Part shown: one piece after another, positions 11,584 through 21,879 of the stretch
Position numbering within the stretch: the first letter of the stretch is position 1
Layout of the letters: each line of letters opens with the position of its first letter
DNA from: Octopus vulgaris
Lineage: Eukaryota
Length of the DNA: 64,000 nucleotides
Direction of reading: 5' to 3'
Assembly: GCA_951406725.2 (NCBI GenBank)
Contig: OX597824.1
Span: forward strand, 95,914,001 to 95,978,000
Made by a program: the position numbers and the translations under genes
The notes under the pieces: generated by a model
The model's database searches: none
Seen by the model: only the letters and a program-made list of their open reading frames with translations
What the model was told of the DNA's origin: nothing

Positions 11584-11888
11584 GTGGAGGCGCATGGCCT
11601 AGTGGTTAGAGCAGCGGACTCGCGGTCGAGGGCTCGCGGGTTCGAATCTCAGACCGGGTGATGTGTGTGTTTATGAGCGAAACACCTAAGCTCCACGTGG
11701 CTCCGGCAGAAGGTAATGGCGAAACCTCTGCTGACTCTTTCGCCACAATTTTCTCTCACTCTTTCCTCCTGCATCTTGCAGCTCACCTGCGATGGACTGG
11801 CGTCCCGTCCAGGTGGGGAACCTATACGCCAAGAAACCGGGAAACCGGCCCTTATGAGCCAGGCATGGCTCGAGAAGAAACAAACAAC
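11584..11888 (+). mobile_element. SINE family A
   Basis: Head GTGGAGGCGCATGGCCTAGTGGTTAGAGCAGCGGACTCGCGG with B box GGTTCGAATCT. Confidence 0.9.
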
Positions 11889-12077
11889 AGACACACAGTC
11901 AGACAGACAGACAGCATCACTCAGTAAAATGCAAAATCCTGCCCTCAGTGGTGGGCATTTTGTTGCAAACGGGTTTCATGTTCATATTTTCAAACTTCTA
12001 AGGATCAGTGAAGCAATTACTCCTGGTAAAAACACTTAACCCTTACGTTTCTAACACCCTCGTTTCCAGCAAACTAG

Positions 12078-12226
12078 GAGATGGCTACAGACGTTAAGCT
12101 TAAGGATTATATAATGTACAAGTATAAAGAAAGAATGAAAGAAAAAAAGGGACTCATTATATTGAATGTTATCGATAATATCGAGTGGAAATAGGGGGTG
12201 CCGCAGTTCCGCCGTGCCTCCACTGG
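12078..12226. mobile_element. Fragment of the hAT-like MITE seen at 26236-26927
   Basis: Closely similar to 26770-26927. Confidence 0.75.
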
Positions 12227-12269
12227 CTTGCACTTAGTGACGTGGACAAGAAAGGAGCGTGGAAAAGTT

Positions 12270-12875
12270 GCTATGCGAAACTGTAGAATGTAGATAAAGA
12301 ATGGGATAAAGTGAACCCAACAGAAGGGCCGACTATCCTAGTGGACAGCAGTGTGGTAGATAAGACAATTGAAAACATGTAAACAGGGAAAGCCCCTGGT
12401 CCATCAGGAATCACAGCTGAGATGCTCAAAATACCCGGAATGGTAAAATACGGGCTAGTCACCCGCATAGTCGACCAAGTCATTCAGGAAGGTATAATAG
12501 CTAGTGACTGGCGTAGCAGCATTATTATTAGCTGATACAAGATTATGGATGCTGCTTTTGATAGAAACAATTAGAGAGACATCAAACTCATGGATCAGGA
12601 GATGAAAATTACGGAGGGAGTTTATAGCCCAATCAATTTGGAACATAATTCGGCTGGACAGAATGCAGTTTGGCTTCGTCCAGGAAAGAAGCACTAAAGA
12701 CGCTATTTTTATAGTCAGGCAATTGCAAGAGAAGTACTTAGCTAAGACTAAAGCATTATACTTAGCATTCATTGATATAGAGAAATCCTTCGATAGAGTG
12801 TCCTGCTGGGTGATAAAATGGGCTCTGAGGAAGCTGGGGATAGACGGGTGGCTGGCGAAAGCTGTACAGACTATG
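12270..12875 (+). pseudogene. Non-LTR retrotransposon (RTE-like) reverse transcriptase fragment
   Basis: KAPGPSGITAEMLK and QFGFVQERSTKDAIFIVRQLQEKY...AFIDIEKSFDRV, with stops and frameshifts. Confidence 0.9.
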
Positions 12876-13897
12876 TTATTGGGTGGTCTGAAAGTCTTAT
12901 CAGCCCCTGCCGAGAAGTAATGAGAACAATAGAGGAACAATATAATAATATCAAACACGTGTACTGGTTTAAGTATATTACACTTCCATTGATATTGACT
13001 TTGTCACACACGGAGAAGGTCACCACCATTTTCGGGGCACAAAATGGTGTAGGACCGTGTCCCGTTTGATACTTTGTGAAGGTGTGCTTTGGTGATTGTT
13101 GCAAAGCCTGCCAAAACAGCGTCCTTCAACTGTTGGGTATCGCTCTTGTGAAACCCTCTCCTTGATAATAGGTGTGTCTGTGTTCGTCCCCCCCCCCCCA
13201 ACATCGCTTGACAACCGATGGTGGTGTGTTTACGTCCCCGTAACTTAGCAGTTCGGCAAAAGAGACCGATAGAATAAGTACTAGGCTTACAAAGACTAAG
13301 TCCTGGGGGTCGATTTGCTCGGCTAAAGGCGGTGCTCCAGCATGGCCACAGTCAAATGACTGAAACAAGTGAAAGAGTAAAAGAATAACCAATGAATAAA
13401 CTGCGATGGTTAAGACTCGTTCTTGTGCTGAAGGAGTTTAACTCTTTCATTACTGTATTTATTTTGAGATGCTCTGTGTTTCTTTCAATTACTTTAAATA
13501 TAACAAAGAATTTAGTAAAATAACTTAGTTATCCATTAAGCTAGTGTTAGGAACATAAATTGTGACTAAGGTTTGGTGGAAGGTTTTTAATTCAACGCTT
13601 ATGAAAACAAGACATTTGTACTAGAGATCCAGAGCCGGTTTCAGCCAGGTTGGTAACAAAAGGGTTAACTAAGGCCGCATCATTGTGGCAGATCTCATCA
13701 CAAAAGAGAAACCGGTGAGGAGGATTACAAGATCGGTCCGGCAGGGAATAGCAGAGGTGCTAACAACAGTCGTTAAGGCAAATCTAGCTTCTATAAAATA
13801 TTTTATGTAGGAAATGAGTCAGTTGTCATCATAAGAAAATACAAAGATAAAATGCATGAAAACTTGAACGATGAAAAAATCTTGAAAATGTACTTAC

Positions 13898-13925
13898 TGC
13901 CAAATATAACCAACAAATGCCTCAT
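13898..13925 (-). CDS. M4 protease exon 1 (start codon and first half of the signal peptide, MRHLLVIFG + 1 nt)
   Basis: Minus strand GCCACC ATG AGG CAT TTG TTG GTT ATA TTT GGC A|GTAAGT: consensus Kozak upstream hexamer, consensus donor, phase matches exon 2. Confidence 0.85.
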
Positions 13926-14069
13926 GGTGGCAAAATATCCGCAAATATTATGCTCTGTCCAAAAGCAACCCCAAGGTTTGTATCAATTGTTTTTGACTCT
14001 TATTTATGTTGCCAGCAGAATTATTACGTGGCCCAATCACCCTCTCCGTAATCCTGTTAGTACAGGGTA

Positions 14070-14100
14070 CGACTTAACATTTGCCCACAACTTTTTATAA
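14070..14100 (-). promoter_or_regulatory. Candidate core promoter (TATA box and Inr-like site) of the M4 protease gene
   Basis: TATAAAAAG at 14099-14091 (minus), TAAGTC about 25 nt downstream; no upstream ATG between ~14074 and the start codon. Confidence 0.55.
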
Positions 14101-14409
14101 CTGCTAAACGAACTAATTGCTTTCATTACATATATTAATTATAGCTTATTTCACTCTCCATAATTTCTAATTTGCTACCTGACATTTAAGATGAAGTAAC
14201 AAGGTAATAGTTTATTTAATTATTCTTTCTCATTAACAGTAAAAACTGGAAGCAATCTTAATAGGTTATATTCTGGGTGACTAAGCAATATAACAGCAAT
14301 AATCAGCTTCGTTTCCCTTATTTGATTAGCAAGAGTTTTTAAGTGGTTACGTGTGTTAAATTTGACTAATAATGAAGGAGTGGATGTGAGCTAGTGCATG
14401 TCTTAATAT

Positions 14410-15125
14410 TCTTTTCTACTCTAAGGACAAGACCCGAAATTTTGGGGGAGGGGGCTAGGCGATTAGATCGACCCCAGTACGCAACTGGCACTTAATTCAT
14501 CAACCCCGAAAGAATAAAAGGCAAAGTCGACCTCGGCGGAATTTGAACTCAGAACGTAAAGACAGGCAAAATACCTCTAAATATTTCACCCGGCGTGCTA
14601 ACGTTTCTTATTTCTTTACTACTCACAAGGGGCTAAACACAGAGGGGACAAACAAGGACAGACAAAGGGATTAAGTCGATTATATCGACCCCAGTGCGTA
14701 ACTAGTACTTAATTTATCGACCCCGAAATGATGAAAGGCAAAGTGGACCTCGGCGGAATTTGAACTCAGAACGTAGCGGCGGACGAAATACCTATTTCTT
14801 TACTACCCACAAGTGGCTAAACACAGAGGGGACAAACAAGGACAGACAAAGGGATTAAGTCGATTATATCGGCCCCAGTGCGTAACTGGTACTTAATTTA
14901 TCGACCCCGAAAGGATGAAAGGCAAAGTCGACCTCGGCGGAATTTGAACTCAGAACGTAGCGGCAGACGAAATACCTATTTCTTTACTACCCACAAGTGG
15001 CTAAACACAGAGGGGACAAACAAGGACAGACAAAGGGATTAAGTCGATTATATCGACCCCAGTGCGTAACTGGTACTTAATTTATCGACCCCGAAAGGAT
15101 GATAGGCAAAGTCGACCTTCGTGGA
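14410..15125 (-). mobile_element. Tandem array of SINE family C bodies (184-bp period)
   Basis: GAAATACCTATTTC recurs at 14785 and 14969; contains the Deu/Nin-like GTCGACTTTGCCTTTCATCCTTTCGGGGTCGATAAATTAAGTACCAG on the minus strand. Confidence 0.85.
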
Positions 15126-15129
15126 ATTT

Positions 15130-15395
15130 CTTTCAGTCATTTGACTGCGGCCATACTGAAGCACCGCCTTTAGTCGAGCAAATCGACCCCAGGACCTCTT
15201 CTTTGTAAGTCTAGTACTTATTCTATCGGTCTCTTTTGCCGAACTGCTAAGTTACTGGGACATAAACACACCAGCATCGGTGGTCAAGCGATGTTGGGTG
15301 TGAGCGACAAACACAGACACACAAACAAACATCATACATACATACATACATACATACATACATACATGCATACATACATACATATATACATACAT

Positions 15396-15451
<56 letters not shown>

Positions 15452-15640
15452 ATGTATGTATGTATGTATACATACATATATACGACGGGCTTCTTTCAGT
15501 TTCCGTCAACCAAATCCACTCATAAGGCTATGGTCGGCCCGAGGCTATAGTAGAAGACACTTGCCCATGGTGCCACGCAGTGGGACTGAACCCGGAACCA
15601 TGTGGTTGGTAAGCAAGCTACTTACCACACAGCCACTCTT
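15130..15640 (-). mobile_element. SINE family B with internal (CATA)n/(TA)n
   Basis: Matches other family B copies. Confidence 0.85.
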
Positions 15641-16454
15641 ACGGTAGTAAACATTTGTAAAAAATATATATTTCGTCTCAAAATCAAAAATGTAACAAAT
15701 ATTACTCATTGTGCCCCACCTGCAACTCCTGGAAACTGGAAAAGCAAACTTTCGGAATAGCTCTTTGAATTTCCTTGTTTTTGTCTGAAATTTCCATTTT
15801 TTTCTTTTTTTTTTCTTTTTCTTTTTTTTTTTGTACTCATTGCAAAACATTGAAAGGAAGCTAATTTAAGAGAAGAGTCTTTTAAATGATGGTAACTCCA
15901 CGCACCCCACTCTGGCACACACACACATCATGCCTTTGGAACGGTAACAACCACTAAAATGATTATTTTGTCTTTTTCGTAATTTTCTGGAGTTTTTTTT
16001 TTATCGTATTCTACATTCTGAAACATTTGCAAAGTTGCATTAAAAGAAAATAGAATCTTACCCCCCCCCCCTTTATTGAAGAATGGGAAAAAGTCAAACA
16101 CCGCAAGTGGATGGGTGAAAAACGAAATTTGAATTTTGAAAAGTGATTCTATAAAGCGACGGTTTCAGTTTATTTATTCAAACTTTTCTGCTCACTCATC
16201 GAATTCAATTCCATGAAATAAATGGGTTTTGAGATTTAAGTTTGGTAATTTTCGAAGATTTTAATTCTTGTGCATGAGGAGACCCACGAAATTGAAGTTC
16301 CCCGGGCACCCATGGTTTCAATCCGGTCCTCTGTGTGAATGTGTCTGTCTGACAGACACATTCTGTGTGTGTGTGTCTGTGGTTATGTGTGTGCCAGTGT
16401 GTGTGCGCACCTGTGTGTGTGTCTGTGTGTGGGCTGTGTGTGTGTTTATGTGTG

Positions 16455-16802
16455 TAAGTCGATTATATCGACCCCAGTGCGTAACTGGTACTTAATTTAT
16501 CGACCCCGGAAGGATGAAAGGCAAAGTCGACCTCGGCGGAATTTGAACTCAGAACGCAGCGGCGGACGAAATACCTATTTATTTACTACCCGCAAGGGGC
16601 TAAATACAGAGGGGACAAACAAGGACAGACAAAGGGATTAAGTCGATTATATCGACCTCAGTGCGTAACTGGTACTTAATTTATCGACCCCGAAAGGATG
16701 AAAGGCAAAGTCGACTTCGGCGGAATTTGAACCCAGAACGTAAAGGCAGACGAAATAAAGCGTTTCGCCCGGCGTGCTAACGGTTCTGCCAGCTCGCCGC
16801 CT
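16455..16802 (-). mobile_element. SINE family C (dimeric body)
   Basis: Head GGCGGCGAGCTGGCAGAA at ~16802 on the minus strand; two body units. Confidence 0.85.
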
Positions 16803-17461
16803 TTTGTTTAAGACGGTATCACAGCCTTGATTCGATGGAGAATTGGCTGCGGTTTCAATCGCTTTGTTTGACGTTATTCGTCATGTTTAGTTACTTTGTA
16901 GTATTTATCTTATTTTATTGGCTCCTCTGACGTCAATGCAGTTCATATCTGGCTGCAAATATCGCCTTAGCTTTCCAATTTATTAGAATCAATAGAATAA
17001 GTTCCTGTAATATACCCACAACCGAGCAGGCTGTCTGGAAGTCGTTGCTTTTGTAGTTGTTGTTGCTACGGCTGCTGTTGTGTAACAAGAAGGAATGTTG
17101 AACCATTCGTTTCTACTTTGCTAATTTCCTAATATACAACTATTCTGTGTCTACATACATTCACACACGCGTACAAACGTACATACACACATACATGCAA
17201 ACGCACACATAGATATGTGCACATGAATATGTGCGTGAATGTATGTATGTAAGTGTGTATGTATGTCATTATTCAGCTTTATTTCACGATTGCTTGCCAA
17301 TAGAGAAGAGGCCTGTTTCTAGTCTAGATCCAGGGCTCCTTCATTGGAATTTCAACATCAACAGAGTATGTAGGGAGAATTCACGAAAAAAACAAAAGAC
17401 GAAGACAGGTGGTGTACAAAACAAGCAGATGTATTAGTGTAACGCTCAGGAATAGAAAAGT

Positions 17462-17497
17462 CTTTTACGTTTCGAGCCTACGCTCTTCTACAGAAAG
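17462..17497 (-). ncRNA. Minimal hammerhead-like motif with variant core
   Basis: CTTT-CTGTAGA-A-GAGC-gtag-GCTC-GAAA-CG-TA-AAAG; stems I and II intact, core has U at the normally invariant A6. Confidence 0.5.
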
Positions 17498-18239
17498 GGA
17501 CACAGAAAAAACAAGGAGAGAAAAAAATGTGTGTAGTGGCTAACGATCTATCTTGGCGACCGCCAGACAGAAGGGTCACACACAAGAGGGAGGGAGTAGG
17601 GGAGATAACAGAGTAAAGATGACCCCCAACACGAAGGTGCGTGTGTGTATAAGAGAGTATGTACGTGCGTGTGAAAGATGACTGGTGGTCTGGAGGTGTG
17701 CGTGTATGTATGTGTAGGTGTGAAAATATGGGGATAGGAATTGGTCAGTGCTGGTGTGTGGGTGGTGTGTTGTGATGTGATGTGTAATGTTGTATGGTGT
17801 AGTGTGGTGTGGTGTGATGTTGGGAGGTGGAGGAAGCGAGAGTGGGGAAAGCACGGGGGGGATTCGGCTGAGGGTTGGGGTAGAGTTGGAGTATGTGGGT
17901 AGACAGAGGGTGGGGGTTTGTGGGTAGGCATGTATGTAAGTATATATATATGTATGTATGTATGTATGTGTGTATGTATGTATGTACTTACGTACGTATG
18001 TATGCATACATGCAGCTATGCACGTTTTGTTTTATGTATGTCTTCTCATGCATACACTTGATGTATCTAGACATGTTCATATATACTTAACTGATAAACT
18101 TCAGGAAAGTTTTACAGATTTTTACAGTTCCAGTGATGGATTGGATCTGTAGTCTTCGAATTAGCTTTAACCTTTCTGGTTTTGAGAAGCCTAATTTCTC
18201 AAGATTGGCATTTAGGCAGGCTTTTATATATTTTATGCA

Positions 18240-18550
18240 TGCAGGCATACATGTATGTATGTATGTATGTATGTATGTATGTATGTATGTATGTATGTAT
18301 GTATGTGTGCATGTATGTTTGTATGTATGTATGTATGTATGTGTGTGTGCATGTATATTTGTATGTTTGTATGTATACATGCATGCATGTATATATGTGT
18401 GTATGTATGTATCTATGTATGCATATATGCATGCATGTATATATGTGTGTATGTATGTATGTATGTATGTATATATGAGTGTATGTATACATGTATATAT
18501 GTGTATGTATGTATGTGTATATGTATGCATGCATGTATGTATTGTGTGTG
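18240..18550. repeat. (TATG)n compound microsatellite
   Basis: Direct reading. Confidence 0.95.
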
Positions 18551-19445
18551 TAGGACAGGTTTCCACACAGTTTCCGTCTACCAAATCCACTGAGAAGGCA
18601 TTGGTCAGCCAAGGTCCATAGCAGAAGACACTTGTCCAAGGTGCCATTCGGTGGAACTAAATCCGAAACCACGTGACTACAAAGTGACATTCTTAACAAC
18701 ATAGGCAGGTCTAAAGCATTCTAATTAAAAACCATTTCTTCCTTGACTGATCCCACAACCTCAAAAATAAAATTCTTACACGTCTAAGAACTATTCTCGA
18801 TGTTCCTTTTGTCTTTAGTAATTTTAAACCCAAACAAAAAGCAGCAGAAATTACGAAGTCTGAATGAAAGGTTCCAAGATCGAAACTCAATCGAATCATC
18901 GAATATTTTGATATTACAAATGATTGAACTACAAAAGTATGGGAATATTAAATAGTAACAATGGGTAACAAGTCATGTAGAGGAATTAGAAGGGAAAAGG
19001 GGCCACAATGGAGCTTAATCAACATCTTGGTATGAAAGAGGAAGGAAGACAGAAATATGGGGTTACGAAGTAGGAGAATGAGAGGGGACAGAGAGCGGAA
19101 GATGAGAAGGGAAAAGAAAGGGGATATGATTAATTAATTATTTCGGTTTAAAACGAAGATGAGTCTATAACATGTTGTAAGTTAGTCACTCACATTCCAG
19201 TTAGTTTTGAACTGAATATTAACAACCACAAACAGGTCAAGTTGACATTTTCAAAATGGATGCTTCAGTTGGCGGGAAGTGAAGAAAGGAGTATAGGGAG
19301 AACGGAAACAAAATAAAGAACAAAGCGAAAGAAAGAGAAAAGAGCGAGAGAGAGAGGGGGGATAGAGAGAGAGAGAGATGTATACAAATATGATGTGCAT
19401 AGCTCATGTCATTCAGACAACTTGCAGTATTAGGAACCTCACAAG

Positions 19446-19680
19446 GACGGCGAGCTGGCAGAGTCGTTAGCACGCCGGGCGAAATGCTTAGCCGTATTTC
19501 GCCTGTCTTTACGTTCTGAGTTCAAATTCCGCCGAGGTCGACTTTGCCTTTCATCCTTTCGGGATCGATAAATTAATTACCAGTTACGCACTGGGGTCGA
19601 TACAATCGACTTTATCCCTTTGTCTGCCCTTGTTTGTCCCCTCTATGTTTAGCCCCTTGTGGGTAGTAAAGAAATAGGTA
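19446..19680 (+). mobile_element. SINE family C
   Basis: Head GGCGAGCTGGCAGAGTCGTTAG, B box GAGTTCAAATTC, Deu/Nin-like body. Confidence 0.85.
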
Positions 19681-19830
19681 CCTAGTTACGTATAAGTAGA
19701 CTGAGCGTTAAGTATCAAGGAAAAGATGCGAACCGTTGGCTTTACTGTTGCAAGACCGATCGACCGACAGCGTTTTGACACAACATGCTGCAACATTTGC
19801 TTGTACACACATATGTATATACATTCGTGT

Positions 19831-19862
<32 letters not shown>

Positions 19863-20426
19863 TGTAAGCCAGCATACGAATATGCGCACACAACCATCTT
19901 TCTACACGGTTATAAAGAAATAAATAATTCATGTAGAATAACTAAGGTTTTTTTTTTCTTCTTTTGATATCAAAACCATTCATTTCATTAATCATCCGTC
20001 AATGAATCGCAACTCGTGCCAATATCTACGAACGATATACACCACCGATCTGTTATAGCTCTGCTAGAATATTTAATTAGGGCGATGACGTAAATAAACG
20101 ACTGCTTACGGGTGAGCTTTGTAGAAGGAACGAGTAAGTTTATGACGAATCCAATTCCAGGCTTAAACAAATTCGTTTCATTTGCACCGCAAATGCCATT
20201 GGCAAAGGCATGGATGGATGTGTTACAGCATCATTTCCATAGCCTTAAAATGCGTAACCTTGTAAAGGATAGGATAAAATTCCTTCGTGAGTCATATAGA
20301 TTCTTTAGGCCCAGTTTCCCGGTTTCCATGGCAGTCAGTCGCAAGATTACTCATTTCTGCCAGCAACGTGAAATGAAGTGTCTTGCTCAAGAATACAACA
20401 CGATGTATAGCCTTTTACTAGAGGTT

Positions 20427-20590
20427 CAGAGGTTCCCAACCTTTTCACTACCAAGGACCCCTTTTATTTAAATGAGTTTCCCACGGACCCCAGGATATCG
20501 AAAGCTCTGTCAGCTTAACATGTTCACTGACCCCAAGCACTAACTTTGCGAACCACCAGGGATCCACGGACCACAGATTGGGAACCACTA
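20427..20590. mobile_element. hAT/Charlie-like MITE
   Basis: Imperfect TIRs CAGAGGTTCCCAAC ... ATTGGGAACCACTA. Confidence 0.6.
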
Positions 20591-20724
20591 CCATATACCT
20601 GAGCAGACTGGAAGAATCGTTAGCATTTTGGACAAAAGACTTCGTGGAATTCCTTTAAGTTCTAAGTTCAAATCCCGCCTCTCAAGTCTTCGGCGGATCA
20701 ATGAGATAAAGTAGTAAACAATTA

Positions 20725-20948
20725 TTTAATTCTTTATTGCCCACAAGGGGCTAAACATGGAGGGGACAGACAAAGGGACTAAGTCGATTACATCGACCCC
20801 AGTGCGTAACTGGTACTTATTTAATCGACCCCGAAAGGATGGAAGGCAAAGTCGACTTCGGCGGATTTTGAACTCAGAACGTAACAGCAGACGAAATACC
20901 GCTAAGCATTTCGCCCGGCGTGCTAACGATTCTGCCAGCTCGCCGCCT
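20725..20948 (-). mobile_element. SINE family C
   Basis: Matches other family C copies. Confidence 0.85.
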
Positions 20949-21096
20949 TAGTTCAAAGCATTACCGATAGGGAACCCCAAAGAGAACTTCTGAACTGTGT
21001 TGCACGAGAACATTCGATACAAGTCGCATGTATTGAGGACAGAGCAATTCAAGTAAAAGCTATTTGATGACAAATCTGCCCGATCAGTGCTGGCCA

Positions 21097-21361
21097 AGTG
21101 GCGGTGGCGGCGGCGGCAGCGGCGGTGGTGGTGGTGGCGGCGGTGGTGGTGGTGGCGGCGGTGGTGGTGGTGGTGGCGGTGGTGGTGGTGGTGGTGGTGG
21201 TGGTGGTGGTGATGGTGGCGGAGGCGGTGGTGGTGGTGGTGATGGTGGTGGTGGTGGCGGTGGTGGTGGTGGTGGGGCGGTGGTGGTGGTGGCGGTGGTG
21301 GTGGTGGTGGCGGTGGTGGTGGTGGCGGCGGCGGCGGCGGCGGTGGTTGTGGTGGTGGTGG
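21097..21361. repeat. (GGT)n/(GGC)n trinucleotide microsatellite
   Basis: Direct reading. Confidence 0.95.
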
Positions 21362-21879
21362 AAATAAATAAGTAAATAACAGCAACAACAATAACAACAA
21401 AGCTTGCTTCTGTTTCGGTGATTCATTCGAATGTTACAGATCAAGCGACTTCGATTACAGCTAGTGTGACATTGCCAGGTCAATAATATTTTTTTTTAAA
21501 TAGTTCGCCTCGAGAAAAAGTATGTCAGTAGGTTTTCGCGAAACATCGATTTGTAAAATAAGTACAAGACAACTACATGTGGGTGGGTGCTATTGCCGAG
21601 TTGCATCGATCCAGCGCTTTACTGGTACTCTAGTACTCCAATTCACTAATTTACCTCGCAAGATATTTGATCCCTGCAGGGCATTTTCACTACCGTTCTA
21701 CCGATTCCGATAATTCACCGCCTATAAGGTTGTCTTCTAGTTGGTTTGAAGACTCCACCACCACCACCATCATCATCACCACCACCATCATCACCATATT
21801 GATATTTCTGGATGCCTGCGGAGACCTTATTTTAACTGTATGGTGCGAGAGGTATTTGAAGACATTTTCTAATCTAGAA

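Larger units (their letters stand above)
5464..13897 (-). other. Phase-1 GT-AG intron (8434 nt) of the M4 protease gene
   Basis: Donor A|GTAAGT at 13897, acceptor TTTTTTTAG| at 5464; splicing gives the in-frame signal peptide MRHLLVIFGSLLLIKTSDA. Confidence 0.85.

Noticed and set aside
14410-15125. CRISPR-like array
   Set aside because: Units repeat over their whole length with no unique spacers; they are SINE bodies, and no cas genes are present
20948-21483. Poly-His/Pro/Gly/Thr ORFs (also 34216-34703)
   Set aside because: Triplet microsatellites with no complex coding flanks or splice support
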